The notes under the pieces are model-generated. The model was not told the origin of the DNA, did not search any database, and worked only from the letters and a program-made list of their open reading frames with translations. Below are positions 25,901 to 39,148 of a DNA stretch of 64,000 bases, piece after piece. Position numbers and translations under genes: made by a program. The first letter of the stretch is position 1. Each line of letters opens with the position of its first letter. This DNA comes from Gekko japonicus (Eukaryota), in the NCBI RefSeq assembly GCF_001447785.1, contig NW_015159767.1, positions 1 to 64,000 on the forward strand. Direction: 5' to 3'.

Positions 25901-26470
25901 CTTTATCTGGATCCAGTCATTTATGTTGTCCTGTTTGGGAAGCCTCCAACCCTTAATTCAATCAGAGCTAGGAAATCCATAGAGTTTCAGATGAGTTCAT
26001 CCAAAATCCCTCGAATTTACAATAATTTCTTTGAATTTCTTTTAGTGCAAGCTCCTACAACTAGCCAAACTGTGGTGGGCACCTCCTCCCCTTCGTTCTG
26101 CCTTCTGATTATTTCCTGGGACCTTTGGAAGCTCTTACTAAAGTCTCCTAGTCTCAAATCTCTGGATCTATGTACTCTACCCAGAGCAGCAAACCGAGGA
26201 TAAAATCCTCTGTTCATTCCTTTTCCCTTAAAACCATTTCCTTCTATAAATCTCTCTCCCACTCCTTCTTGTTGCTCTGGTGCAGAATTCTCAGTCAGCC
26301 AGAGGCCTGCTTCTCTTTTTCTTTCCTCATTTCATTCTTCAAACACATGTCCTTCTGAACACAACAGTTTTGTTGTTCTTACTTCTTATGCATCCTGTGC
26401 CCATATACTTCCCTCAATAAATGCTAAGCTTTTTAAAAAATAAAGATCCAGGTTTTTTGTGGTTACTGGT

Positions 26471-27010
26471 AGAGAGTCAGTTTGGTGTAGTGGTTAAGTG
26501 CATGGACTCTAATCTGAGAGAACCAGGTTTGATTCCCCACTCCTCCACTTGCAGCTGCTGGATGACCTTGGGCAAGCCATTGTTCGGTCAGAGCTGTTCT
26601 CTCAAGGACAGCTCTGGAAAGAGCTCTCTCGGCCCCACCTACATCTCAGGATGTCTGTTGTGGGGAGGGGGAGGAGTTTGTAAACCGCTCTGAGACTCTG
26701 AGTGAAGGGTGGGGAATAAATCCAATCTCTTCGTTAGAGTGTCAGTTTGGTGTAGTGGTTATGGACTGTAATCTGGGAGAACCGGGTTTGATTCCCCACT
26801 CCTCCACTTGCAGCTGCTGGATGACCTTGGGCAAGCCATAGTTCTGACAAGAGCTGTCCTTGAAAGGATAGTTGTCTCAAAGCTCTCTCAGCCCCACCTC
26901 CCTCACAGGGTGTCTGTCGTGGGGAGGGGAAGGGACAGGAGTTTGTAAACTGCTCTGAGACTCCGAGTGAAGGGCCGGGTATAAATCCAATCTAATGGAT
27001 TTCTTCTTCT
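26471..27010 (+). mobile_element. Two adjacent copies of an abundant tRNA-derived SINE (Squam3-like)
   Basis: Head tggtgtagtggttaag...ggtttgattccc (A/B boxes) and (ctt)n tail. Further copies near 2322-2572, 9620-9870, 27565-27850, 34205-34485, 35100-35345, 40355-40632, 41545-41805, 42820-43110, 58975-59195 and 61560-61800. Confidence 0.75.
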
Positions 27011-28141
27011 ATTAGAGGCATTGTGTGCTTGCTTGCACACTATGTAAAGATTCCCACATAACATTCTGCTCCCCATAACTGGCTAATGTGTCTCTTTTCC
27101 AAGATAGCTCCAACTGTGGAAGCGCGAAGAGGTTCCCCCTATGCTGAGCGTAATCCCTCCCAATAGGTCACGGTTCAGGATGAGTGTCCTGAACCCAAGT
27201 TAGAGAGTCCACACGTGCTAAGGATACAGGTGGGGGAAAAGCACATGTGTTAACACAACCCAGAAATCAACAGGAATTTCCAAATCTGGAAACTGGTAGG
27301 CAGAGCTGTTGAGTTTAAAAATAAATGAGGAGTTAGAACCCACCCTGTTGATAGGTTAAGAAGGGTAACTGTTGGTCTGCAGCAAAAGAGCCAGATTTAA
27401 GCCCAGTAGCAACTTTTTGTTGTTGACCAACAAGATTTGGGGGGGGGGGGTATGAGCTTTTGATGAAGGGACAAAGAAAACTCTGACTCTGGAAAACTTC
27501 ATACCCTGGAAATCTCATTGGTCTCTAAATTGCTACTGGACTTGAATCTAGCCAGTTTGGTGAGCCGGTTTGGTGTCTTGGTTAAGTGCGCGGGCTCTAA
27601 TCTGGGAGAACCGGGTTTGATTTCCCCCACTCCTCCACTTGCACCTGGCTGGATGATCTTGGGCAAGCCGTAGTTCTGATAAGAGCTGTTCTTGAAAAAG
27701 AGCCGTTTCTGTCAGAGTTCTCTCACCCCCAGCGACCTCACAGGGTGCCTGTTGTGGGGAGAGGAAGGGAAAGGAGTTTGTAAGCCTCTCTGAGACACCT
27801 TTGGGTAGTGAAGGGAGGGTTATAAATCCAATCTCTTCTTCTTCTTCTAGCTTATCTAACCCATCCTATTGTAACCCCTCAAGCAGCCCTGGGTCAGGAG
27901 GAGCCATGCTTTTGTGCCACCCCCTGACTCAGCCTCACCATTGTCCAGGCCATTGTTAGCAGGCATTAATCAGGCCAGCCGCTCAGGTAATTCAATCATC
28001 CCACCTCCCCTCTGCCTCATGTACCTGCTGTCAAATTGGATCTGATTTATGGCAAAAAAAAAAACCCCACNNNNNNNNNNNNNNNNNNNNNNNNNNNNNN
28101 NNNNNNNNNNNNNNNNNNNNNNNNNNNNNNNNNNNNNNNNN

Positions 28142-28445
28142 CCAGTCGAATCCGACTCTAGGGTTGCGGTGCTCATCTCCGTTTCAAAGCCGAAGAGCCA
28201 GCGCTGTCCGAAGACATTTCCGTGGTCATGTGGCCGGCATGACTGAACACCAAGGCGCACGGAACGCTGTTACCTTCCCACCGAAGTGGTCCCTATTTAT
28301 CTACTTGCAATTTCTTGCTTTCGAACTGCTAGGTTGGCAGGAGCTGGAACTAGAGACAGGAGCTCACCCTGTCTTGCGGCACCCGGGTCTTGAACCGCTG
28401 AACTACTGACCTTCCACAGCCTGCAGTTCAGCATCTTAACCACTT
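28142..28445 (+). mobile_element. Sauria SINE
   Basis: ccagtcg..ccgactctagggttgcggtgctcatctccg...gtggtcatgtggccggcatgact...ttaccttcccaccg signature. Confidence 0.85.
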
Positions 28446-31400
28446 GAGAGAAGATCAGTCTTTGATGCATATACAGATCGACTTTATTGCTATAGCTCTC
28501 TGAAGTATTCTTAAAACGTATTGCCTGCCTTTTTTATTATTATACTTACTGTGTGACAGGGGTTGAGCTTTGTCAGGTACCTCAGATCGTCATCGCGGAG
28601 GTCACTGACGTAGTGACATTAGCTCTTATGGCTAGAGAGGGGTACTTAATATCAGTGTTCCGTCTAAGCTGTGGAGTCTTGCGAGCAAAAATTCTGCTTT
28701 GTGAGCGACCGGCATGAAAGTGGTGAGCCAGCGATTTGGCTGCTACATAAATAAGTTTGCTCAGGAGCGCTCCTTCCTGAGCGAAGACAAAAATGTGTGA
28801 GCCGGAGGCTAAAAACCTGTGAGCTGGCTCACACTAACTCAGCTAAGAGGGTAGGTGGGGCTGAGAGAGCGCCGAAGGAAACTGCTCTTTTTCAAGAACA
28901 GCTGTGCCAGAACCATGGCTTGCCCAAGGTCATCCAGCAGGTGCAAGTGGAGGAGTGGGGAATCGAACCCGGTTCTCCCAGATTAGAGTCCGCACGCTTA
29001 ACCACGACACCAAACTGGCTCAGTTGTAAAAGCAGGGGATCTCCAGGCCCCACCTGGAGACCGGCAGACCTACAAGAGGATTTGAGGTAGTGGCTTAGCA
29101 TGGTCTTCGTATGGGGCTCTGTGGAGCGGAGATGCTTTAGGTCAGGAGTACCCAACTTCTTTTGGACCTGCCAGCAGTTTTGGAATTCCAACACAGCATG
29201 TTGGGCACAGCCACCAAATGGCCGTCCCAAAAGCCGGAGCCAGCCACAAAATGGCTGCTGTCGCTGACCTTGAGCAACACAGTGAAGACCTTTGTGTCGT
29301 GGTGGCAGCTCTGCCTAGGGATGCCAGCCTCCAGGTGGGACCTGGGGGGTCCCCCCAAATTGCAGCTCATCTCCAGACTACAGAGATCAGCTCCCCTGGA
29401 GAAAACAGATGCTTTGGAGGGTGGGCTCCAACCAGGCCCGTAGCCAGGATTTTTTTAATTGAGGGGGCCTTTAAATAAGTCAGGGAGCACCCTGCACCGA
29501 CCCCTGCACAAATCTCCAAGGGAGCTCCTGGGCTGGATTGGAAGTCAGGGGGCCTTGGCAGTAAGTCAGGGGGTCAGGCCCCAAGATGCCCCACTGTAGC
29601 TATGGGCCTGGCTCCAACGTTCCCTCTAAGCTGAGTTAGTGTGAGCTAGCTCACAGTTTTTTTAGCCTCCGGCTCACACTTTTTTTATCTCAGCCCAGGA
29701 AAGATGGCTCCAGAGCAAACTAATTTATGCCATAGCCAACTCGCTCGCTCACAGCTTTAATGCCAGCCACTCATAAAGTAGAATTTTTGCTCACAAGACT
29801 CCACAGTTTAGAGGGAACATTGGTGAACTCTGTGGCACTGAACCCCAGTGAGGTCCCTGTCCTCCCCAGGCTCCACCCCCAAATCTCCTGGAGTTTCCCA
29901 ACCAGGATCTGGCAACTCTACCCCCCACCCCGCACTGGTGGCCGAGGTGGGGGACCTGGCCACCCAAGAGCCTGTGTCAAAGCTACTTTTTCAAAAAATC
30001 TGCACAGCCAATCAAATCCCTCAGAAGCCTTGGTGGCCCCACCCACTTCCTAAAAAACACTTGGCGGGCATCGGGAAAGGTGTCAGCGGGCCCCATGGTG
30101 CCCATTGGCACCCTGTTGTTGACCTCTGACTTCTCTCAGAGTCGTGTGGGAAGCCCTCTGTTGACCCTTTGTGTGCTGCATGACCGTAGGCGGTGGGAAG
30201 GGAGCGTAAGGAGACGGGGACAGAGGGCGCGAGGCCATCTCAATTATTCATGACCGGATGCCTGCAATTTTCTGATGATTCATAGACAGAGAGGCTCTTC
30301 GGCGCCTGGTTAACACGGCGGGAAGCCAAGAGAATGGACACCTTCCTCTTCGCCTTCTTCTGCTGCTCCACCTCTGTGCCCACAGATGGTCCCCCTCGTC
30401 TCCCAGCTCTGTGGCCCCTTTCTTCCAACCCCCAGCCCACCCACCCAGTCCTCCTGTCCCCCCATCCAAATCTGCCAGTAGCCCTCCATTTCAAATTCCC
30501 CCCCCCTTTGACTGATGGACTCTCTCCTGTCTCGCTCTCACGTAATCCATTAGTTCCATTTCGCCTTCTGAATAATTCATCCTCCATGGAAGCATCTCTG
30601 GGCACGTATATTTTTTTAGGTACAGATCGTCCCTGGCACCTGGACCCTTTTTTTCCAGCAATAAGACGGGTTCTGGAAGCCGAGACCCTCTCCTGGCCAC
30701 CGACCCAGCTCTCACATGCTTCGCTGCCGTCTCTGTGATTCCTCAGAGAGCTTCTTCCGTAGTGGAAGACCTTCAGAGTCTGGAAGGGCAGACGGTTTTG
30801 TGGGAGCAGCCGCTCTGAGCGTTATGCGAATTCCTGAGTCACCTTCAGCGGGGACGGCATTGAACAAAAAGCTAGAAAGCGAGTAAGGAAGCAAAGCCCA
30901 GAGAGATGGTGTGTGAGAATCAATGTGGAAGCACAATGATGGAGAAGACAGAATGAGAAAGCATCCGGAGAGACAGAGAGCTCATGGTAGAAAGGAAGCA
31001 ACAGACATCCTCACTGACCGACAGACTCCTGGAAAGGAAGACCGTGAAAGGCGGAGGAGGCTGAATCAGGTGACAAAGCCCACGGGAAGGGGGAAGGAAG
31101 CCTCCCAACCGGATCGATAACATGAGAAAGCGATCCGACGGGATGAGAAAGACAGGTCGTCTTCGAGCAACACCGTGAGAGGGCAAAAGGATGGAGCAGA
31201 AAGAAGCTGAAGATCTGCAGAAGAAACGGGTGGTCGGAAGATAGGAGCCAGAACCGAAGCCTGGCCGGAGCGATCGAGGGGAAACCCAAAATAGACACTG
31301 GCCTGATGGATTGCTAGGAAAGAAGAAGGTGACAAGCCAGCAGAAAGGTAGGCTGGACACCTCCAGACAAATCGGATGATGGAAAGCGGACGCCGGCGGC

Positions 31401-31671
31401 AGCAGTTCAAGGAGGCCAGCCCCAGCTAGGTGAGATGTGAGGGAGAATCGAACTTGCAAAGAGACCGAAAGAGACTGAAGGTGGATGTCAGAGCTATAAA
31501 GGGGTGCCTCTCCCCGAAATGGAGTAACTGGACAGTCCTCCCTTGAAAGAAGGCCAGAAAGAGGTGTTCCAGTGAGTGAGGTGGTTCTTCCACTCTTCTG
31601 GGAAGGGGGAGAGAGGACGCAGGACCCTGTTCCACCCAAACTGTGTAGAAGAGGCCTTCCTCGGCGAGCCC

Positions 31672-32124
31672 ATGGCACGAGCCCCACCCTCACCTCTGAC
31701 CCCTAGCAACATCCCACGGAACCTAAGCTACATCGCGGGCCTGTATGAGCGAGCCTACTACCGGACCGCCCGGCCGAGCCTGGCCGAAGACTCGGGCACC
31801 GAGGGCTCGGAATCGGAGTCGGAAAGCAGGCCCCGGAGCAGGACCCGGAGACGCCGCCACCTCTTTGGAGGCCCGAGGAGGAGGGGAAGGCGCCGGACCC
31901 GCTCCGCCCCGGCCAGGGGCAGGGGCCATGGGGCCTCACGCAGCCGCAGCCCCGGGACACGCAAAAGGGTCCGCTTTGCCGACTCTCTGGGCCTGGAGCT
32001 CACCAGCGTCCGGCAGTTCTGGCCCAATGACCTGCCACAGGTGCCGGAGCGGGTCCATGCCCAGCTGAGGCGCGATTCCCTCAGCCATTTTGCCCCTTGC
32101 CTGCCTTTTTGCCCGCCTGTGACG
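31672..32124 (+). CDS. PPP1R3E: PPP1R3E coding exon 1 (glycogen-targeting PP1 subunit)
   Basis: MARAPP...IPRNLSYIAGLYERAYYR...RSRSPGTRKRVRFADSLGLEL includes the RVxF PP1-binding motif. Donor gtaatg, phase 0. Confidence 0.93.
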
Positions 32125-32926
32125 GTAATGTGGTTTGGCCTACGTACTAGTGGTGGAGTGGATGGCAGGGTGTGTGTGGTGGTGTGTGTGGTGGTGTGTG
32201 TGGTGGTGGTAGGGTTGCCAGCTCTGGCTTGAGAAATTCCTGGAGACTTTGGGTGGGTGTGCCCAGGAAGGTTGATCAGCAAGGATGTGATGCCAAAGAC
32301 TTCACCCTCTGAAGCAGTCCACCTTCCAAAGCAGCCATTTTCTCCAGGGGAACTGATCTTTTTTATTCTGGAGATGAGTTGTAATTCCGGGAGATCTCCG
32401 GGCCCCGCTTGGACCTTGGCAGCGCTGGTGCCGGGGCTTCCTTTGACCGGGTGGGAGGTGGTAAAAGAAGTGGAGGAAATAGATCCAGCACTTTGGTCTC
32501 CTTACTCACCTGAGTGGGCATGCTGGAAGAGGTAAACGCAAATGTTGATTCCATGTGGAGGAATCTGCCGCCCCTCAGTGGTCCTTGAGAGACCAGGAGA
32601 ACCAGATTTGGACCGACGCGAAATATCTCAAGCGATGTTCCCTCTAAACTGTGGAGTCTTGTAAGCAAAAATCCCACTTTCTGAGCTACTGGCCTTAAAG
32701 TTGTGAGCGAGCGATTTGATTCTTGCATCACTTAGTTTGCTCCGGAGCCCTCCTTCCTGAGCTACGGCAACAATGGGTGAGCCGGCAGAGGCTAAAAAAG
32801 TGTGAGCTGACTCACACTCACTTGGCTTAGAGGGACACACTGATCTCAAGCGGCCTCCGTGAGAGAAGGGAGGAAACAGCTTTTTCTCAGCGATGCTCCA
32901 GTTGACCAACCCGGGGGGGTCAGGAG

Positions 32927-33138
32927 CAGTGTTCCCTCTAAGCTGAGTCAGTGTGAGCTAGCTCACAGTTCTTTAGCCTCTGGCTCACAGGTTTTTGTCT
33001 GAGCTCAGGAAGGAGGGCTCCAGAGCAAGCTAATTCTAATTCATGCAGCAGCCAAATCGCTCGCTTACAACTTGAATGCCAGGAGCTCACAAAGCAGAAT
33101 TTTTGCTCACAAGACTCCACGGCTTAGAGGGAACATTG
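32927..33138. mobile_element. hAT-type MITE (family A, about 205 bp)
   Basis: TIR cagtgttccctctaagc / gcttagagggaacattg with 8-bp TSD gtcaggag. Copies with TSDs at 32633-32842 (atctcaag) and 36123-36327 (gtcgccat); others near 21028, 23933, 28652, 29618, 43463, 45174, 52467 and 54362. Confidence 0.85.
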
Positions 33139-36100
33139 GTCAGGAGTCCTAGGGGTGGGTTCCAACGGAGAAGTAAAATCTGCCTGCTCTGTGCTTGCTT
33201 CCCATTCTTAAGGGGAGGGGGGAGGAAGGTCAGACGTCCTTCGCTGCAATCCTAAGCAGTGTTACTCCTGTCTAGATCCATTTACGTCAATGAGCTCAGA
33301 AAGGTGTCGTTCTGTTTAGGATTGTACCGCGAATCAGGCGACTGGTGGATCTGGCCTAAGGAGAAATAGAACAGGAGTTGTGGAAAGTCACTTGTGAGGC
33401 GCACTCCTGGAGGAGAAGCAAAAGAATAACCGTTTCCTCCATGACAGAGCCGCAACTGGTCCTTCTGTCGGCACCCACTGTCACACTTGGACGCAGGCAG
33501 CTGTAGGCTCTGCCTTAATATCCCAGAGCTTCCCGGCACATCTTCAGTTCCCCCCTGAGAATTACTGGGTATGTAGCGACAGCCCCTGTTCTCCACAGAT
33601 GGCACCTGCTAGGCTGGGACGTGCTGAAGGCATCCCTCCGCCTTCGGTGATACGTAAGAACGCCCTGCTTCATGCACACATGGCCCAAACCCTCAAGCGA
33701 CCCCCACCTCCGATGTCCCCCGAGTCCCACCATCTGGGGCCCCATTTTGCAGGTTAGACTGCTCGAGGTGGAATGGCCCTCCATCACTGCCACAGAGAAG
33801 AAGCAGAACCACATTTGGGAATCCCTGCAGAAGACAGAGGTGGGGTTCTGGTGGCAGGAGCCCTGCTGGTCCTTAAAGGTGACCACCACCACCCCCGACT
33901 CCTGTTCATGATATTTGGGGAGAAGGTAATTTGTGGCACCGCCTGGAGGCTGGAGTCTCTCCCCTTCCCACGGAATCCATCTGTTTTCTGCTTCCTCGCT
34001 CGCTTGCTTTTCCCCATAAGCCTTCCGTCTCTCAGCCCCCTGCGTATCCTTCATCCTTCCAGCTCCATCTCAGCTGTTTCTTCTTCCTCTCTCGTCTTCC
34101 ATCTTCTCGTCCCCTCGCTCTTCCTCTCTCTGCTCTTTTCACATCCCTCCTCTTGGCTTTCCTCTCTCTCTGTTAACGGGTGTGGTCGAATGCCTTTCCT
34201 CTGCCCAGTTTGGTGTCGTGGTTAAGTGCGCGGACTCTAATCTGGGAGAACCGGGTTTGGTTCCCCACTCCTCCACTCGCAGCTGCTGGATGACCTTGGG
34301 CAAGCCGTCGTTCTGTCAGAGCTGTCCTCGAAAAAGAGCCATTTCTGTCAGAGCTCTCTCAGCCCCACCTACCTCACAGGGTGCCTGTTGTGGGGCAGGG
34401 GAAAGGAGTTTGTAAGCCGCTCTGAGGCTCCCTTGGGTAGTGAAGGGCGGGGTATATAAATCCAATCTCTTCTTCTTCTTCTCCTCCTCCTCCTCCCAGC
34501 CTTGGTGACCATCTTGGGATCAATTGGTCTTCCTCTCCCTCTTTATCGTTCCTTTCCTAACATTCCTCTGCTGGACTTATTTCTTTTCCCCAATCAGGCC
34601 CCCGTTCTCCTTGTAGGGCTCCTTTCCTCCCTTACTCAGGGCAAGAATTCAGGACGGGCCCTGCCCACCTAGAGATGATCGCCTCGGGGGTCCTGGTGAA
34701 TCTTTTACTCGTGTCAGTTTCTCAGCATTTGACCTGTTCCGTGTGTTAGGGGAACGGAAAGCAATAGAAATATTTAGAAAAGAGATTTCCGTCCATCATT
34801 TTATTTTGATGTGTTTATTGATGGTAACTTGTACTGGTCTGGATTATGGAGGGTGGCATCATATCGTCTGTAGGGCGACGTTCTCCTGGAGCTAGAATCC
34901 CACCCCTGCCCTCATTACAGCCAACGCCTTCTCCTCCTCCCTGTCTCCGCCACTGCTCCTTCCGTCTTATTTACTCTGCCCCTCCCACCGTTTCCTGCAT
35001 CGTCCCCCCCCCTTCCCTTCCCATTTCTTCATAATATTTTACTTAAGTCTTATTTTCTCCTTTTCTTTCTGCTTTTTTTCTTTTCTTTCCATTGCACCAA
35101 ACTGGACTCTAATCTGGGAGAACCGGGTTCGGTTCCCCACTCCTCCACTTGCAGCTGCCGAATGACCTTGGGCAAGCCATCGTTCTGTCAGAGCTGCTCT
35201 CTCAAGGACAGTTCTGGAAAGAGCTTTCTCAGCCCCACCGACCCCAAAGGGTGTCTGTTGTGAGGAGGGGAAGGGGAAGGAGTTTGTAAGCCGCTCTGAG
35301 ACTCTGAGTGAAGGGTGGGGTCTAAATCCAATCTCCTCCTCCTCTTCTCCATCTGCGTAGTGTCATTCTTTCTTTCTTTCCTTCCCCCTCTCTCTTCTGT
35401 TCTTTCTTGTGAAGTTCATTTCAGAGGGTGGTCATGGTCTGGGACAGAACAGCCAGATTTGAGTCCAGGAACCCCTCAGAGACCAACAAAGTTCTCGGGG
35501 GTAGAAGCTTTCGAGGGTCAAAAGCTCATACCTCAGTAATCTGGCTGGTTTCTAAGACGCTACTGGACTTGAATGTCACTATTATTTCTTTTGATTCTCC
35601 TATCTACCAGTCCCCTGCCACACCTTATTCCCCAACTAGCTGGATGGCTTAGGCCAGTGGTGGCGAGCCTTTGGCACGGGTGCCACTGGCGGCACTCAAA
35701 GCCCTCTCTGTGGGCACGCGTGCCATCGCCCCAGCCAGGCCCTGACCGTCATTAAAGTGCCGAATTCTCTGCCAAATAATTTTAAGTAAATGAAAGCATT
35801 TGGGATTGCTTTCCTTACTTTCTTTGGATCATCTTTAGTTAATGTATGAGTTGTTTTTTTCTAAAGTAAAACCTCAGTATTCAGGTTACATGGCCGTGTT
35901 GGCACTTTGCGATAAATAAGTAGGTTTTGGGTCGCAGTTTGGGCACGCGGTCTCGAAAAGGTTCGCCATCACTGGCTTAGGCTAATTGACTCCCATCAGA
36001 TTTTGGAAGCTAAGCAGGGCCAGCCTTGGTAGGTACTTGGATGGGAGACTGCCTAGAGAAGCAGGCAAGAGCAATCCCACCTCTATTCCTCTCGTGCCTA

Positions 36101-36451
36101 GAAAGGCCTCCGGGGTCGCCATCAGTGTTCCCTCTAAGCTGAGTTAGTGTGAGCTAGCTCGCAGTTTTTTAGCCTCCAGCTCACAGATTTGTGTCTTGGC
36201 TCAGGAAGAATGCCTCCAGAGCAAACTAATTGATGCAGTAGCCAAATCGCTCGCTCACAACTTTAATGCCAGTAGCTCACAAAGTAGATTTTTGCTCACA
36301 AGACTCCACAGCTTAGAGGGAACATTGGTCGCCATATGTCAGCTGTGACTTGAGGGCAGGCTTTCCACCACCACAACTAGTTCTTCAACTATCCTCCACG
36401 GGTTTCTTTTTTCCCCCTAATCCTCCGTTCCTTCTTTCTTTGCCTCCCCAG

Positions 36452-36931
36452 GATACTCTGAATCTATGGTGCCCGCTGGAACCCACTTTCCCAGACCCGC
36501 TCTCGATGCCCGATTTCTTGCCACGCCTCTTGGCACAGTGCATCCTGCTGGAGGGCGCCCGGGCCGAGGGCTCGTGCATCTCCGGAACCATTCGGGTGCT
36601 CAACTTGGCCTACGAGAAGCGGGTCTCTGTGCGGTACACCTGGGACTCCTGGGCCACTCAGCGTGAAGCTCGGGCTTCCTACGCCGCCCCTGCAGGGCGG
36701 GACCGGGACCACGCCGACCGCTTTGCCTTCCGCCTGCCACTGCCAGTCCCGTTGCCCCCGGGGGTCAGCCTAGAGTTTGCTCTCTGCTACCTTGTGGGCG
36801 GGAAGGAATTTTGGGACAACAACCAAGGCCGCAACTATTGCCTGAGACCCCCGCCCTCCGTGGAAGAGGAAGATGAGCCCCCCAGCCCCACTCGCGATTG
36901 CTGCGAGACAGGATGGATACATTTCATATAG
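36452..36931 (+). CDS. PPP1R3E: PPP1R3E coding exon 2 (CBM21 domain)
   Basis: Polypyrimidine tract and cag acceptor. VLNLAYEKRVSVRY...FWDNNQGRNY...GWIHFI*; the GWIHFI end is typical of PPP1R3E. Spliced total 310 aa. Confidence 0.94.
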   Translation, partial: DTLNLWCPLEPTFPDPLSMPDFLPRLLAQCILLEGARAEGSCISGTIRVLNLAYEKRVSVRYTWDSWATQREARASYAAPAGRDRDHADRFAFRLPLPVPLPPGVSLEFALCYLVGGKEFWDNNQGRNYCLRPPPSVEEEDEPPSPTRDCCETGWIHFI

Positions 36932-37516
36932 GGGGCGGGGGTCAGACAGCCACACCTATGAGAGAGGGGGAAGGCAAGTAAGCGAAGGGGAGCACCAGGG
37001 CAAAGGGGAGACTCGCCAGATGTATTGAGACTCGCCTTGAGACCGAGGAGTAGGAGGGGCTCCCAATATAGCTGGGCTGGGTTTGATGAACGGTCAGGGG
37101 CTTCCCTCCCTACCATCCTGTTCCCCAAAGTCTACCATGAAGTTGCCAGTTTAGCGCCATCTGGCAAGTCCTTTAGTCAAGACCTGGATGAAGGGGGGGG
37201 AAAGGGGACTAACAACTTACCGCACCCTCTACAGTTGTCTTTCGGGATATGGTAACTTGCTATTTAGCAGTGTGTGCGTGCTTCCCCGAAATCACTTGGC
37301 CCAATGAATCCTCGTGTGAGGGAGGCAAAGTCACCTCATGTGAGCACTTCGCCTCAGAAAAAAAAGGCCCCAAGAAGTAGCCGTTGCTCCCATTTTACAG
37401 ATGGGAAACAGGCTGAAAGAGAGGGCCTTGCGTCTGTGCGGAGGAAGGATTCGAACCCAGGTCTTCCACACCACAATCCGGCCGTCTTCCCCTGGACCAG
37501 AAAGTTCTCTCTTTAG

Positions 37517-37725
37517 GGGAGGGGCCGTGGCTCAGTGGTAGAGCATCTACTCGGTGTGCAGAAGGTCCCAGGTTCAATCCCTGGCGTCTCCAGTTAAAGC
37601 AGGAGGCAGCAGGTGATGGGAAAGACCTCCCCCTGAGACCCTGGAGAGCTGCTGCCAGTCCGAGTAGGCAATACTGACCTTGGATGGACCAGGGCTCTGA
37701 CTCAATACAGGGCAGCTTCAAGCAT
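37517..37725 (+). mobile_element. tRNA-derived SINE (second family)
   Basis: ggggccgtggctcagtggtagagc...ggttcaatccc head. Related copies at 2171-2625 (interrupted by another SINE) and 16625-16830 (-). Confidence 0.7.
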
Positions 37726-39148
37726 GTTTTCTGGGACTGATTCAAACCTACAGAAATAGGGCGGATATTCTCTGCCTCCCCCTTCCCATGGGACGAATGT
37801 GTTGCTAAGGAACCCATGTCCACCTTGAGGTTCATCGAGAGAGTCCCCCCCCCCCGCCTTGGGATCTCATTGGTGCCTTATTCTGAGTGAGAATTGGAGC
37901 AAGCCAAATGCACACGCGCACAGGAGACAGGACAGGAAGGCAAAGGCGCCCTCCCCCAGAGTAACGGGAAAGGAAAGAGAGTTAGAAGAAGACAATGGAC
38001 ATTCTCCACTGCCACACCCACGGGTGCATCTCCCTGGTATTGGCCGTTACCAGGTGCTAGGTCACTCGCTGGGTTATCATATACCAAGGATTGGCTCACG
38101 TGTTATCTCGTTCCCCTTCTCCCTGCATGAATTCTCGGGAAATAAGAATTGTCTGAATGTTCACATGTGCATCACTAGTGTGCCGGACTTGTGGGAACCC
38201 GGGGGCGGGGGGTTGTCAAAGAGTTTGTTCCTTGTGCATGTTTTTACGCTACTCCTGCCACAAAGAAAGAGTTCCGAAATGGCTAACTGGACTGGCTTCC
38301 TGAGCAGTGTGTGTATTGAAAACCAGTCAGCATTTGCACCAGATTCGTCTGCACTGGTTATACGTCCGTGTCCCCCCCAAACACACATCCCAAAATGATC
38401 TTCACAGAGGAAAAGTGTAATGTGTGAACGGGACCTATAACATGCGGACAGCTCTCACAAAAATGGCGTCTGTGGTAATCAGCCCAACTGCATCTTGGGC
38501 ATTGGAGCCTATGCTTCGATTTAAATACTTAGGGCCCCAGGGTAGCCTAATCAGATCTCAGCAGCTATGGGGGGTCAGCCGTGGTTAGCGTTTGGGTGGG
38601 AGACCACCAAGGGAGTCCAGGGTCTCTTTAGTTTCACAGTTTTTTAGCCTCCGGCTCACACACGTTTGTCTTAGCCCAGGAAGGAGGGCTCCAGAGCAAA
38701 CTACTTCATGCAGCAGCCAAATTGCTCACTCGTAACTTTCATGCCGGTAGCTCACAAAGTGGAATTTTTGCTCACAAGCCGCCACAGGTTAGAGGGACCA
38801 TTGCTCATAACAGCCATAACAACACTGGACGCTCACAGTTGTTTTCGGTCTTGTGAATTATGGATGACCCCAAACTCCTGATAGCTGAGCTGAGATACTG
38901 AGTAAAAACTGAGCACTCTCCAGTCTTTTACCCCAAAAGTTTTACGTTAGAAGGTATAAATATAACCCCGCACACACACACACACACACACACACTTCTT
39001 TTTGTCTGTGCAAATGACTGTTCTGTTTGTATCTCTGGGTTGGAAGGAAACATCCAGAGCAGTGATTCTTGCAGAGATACAACAGACAGTCCCCTCTGAA
39101 GGCAATCCTGCTGTATCTCTGTATTGGGAGTAAAGTAATCAAATTACA

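Noticed and set aside
24640-26420. Possible decayed LTR/ERV fragment
   Set aside because: No gag/pol motif, PBS or paired LTR could be identified by eye.
30920-31693. 257-aa minus-strand ORF as a BCL2L2 candidate or novel gene
   Set aside because: Ser/Leu/Phe/Pro-rich antisense shadow of a purine-rich stretch upstream of PPP1R3E. No BH or other motifs and a non-ATG start.
37517-37590. tRNA gene (also near 2175 and 16760)
   Set aside because: tRNA-like heads continue into a shared repeat body, so these are SINEs.
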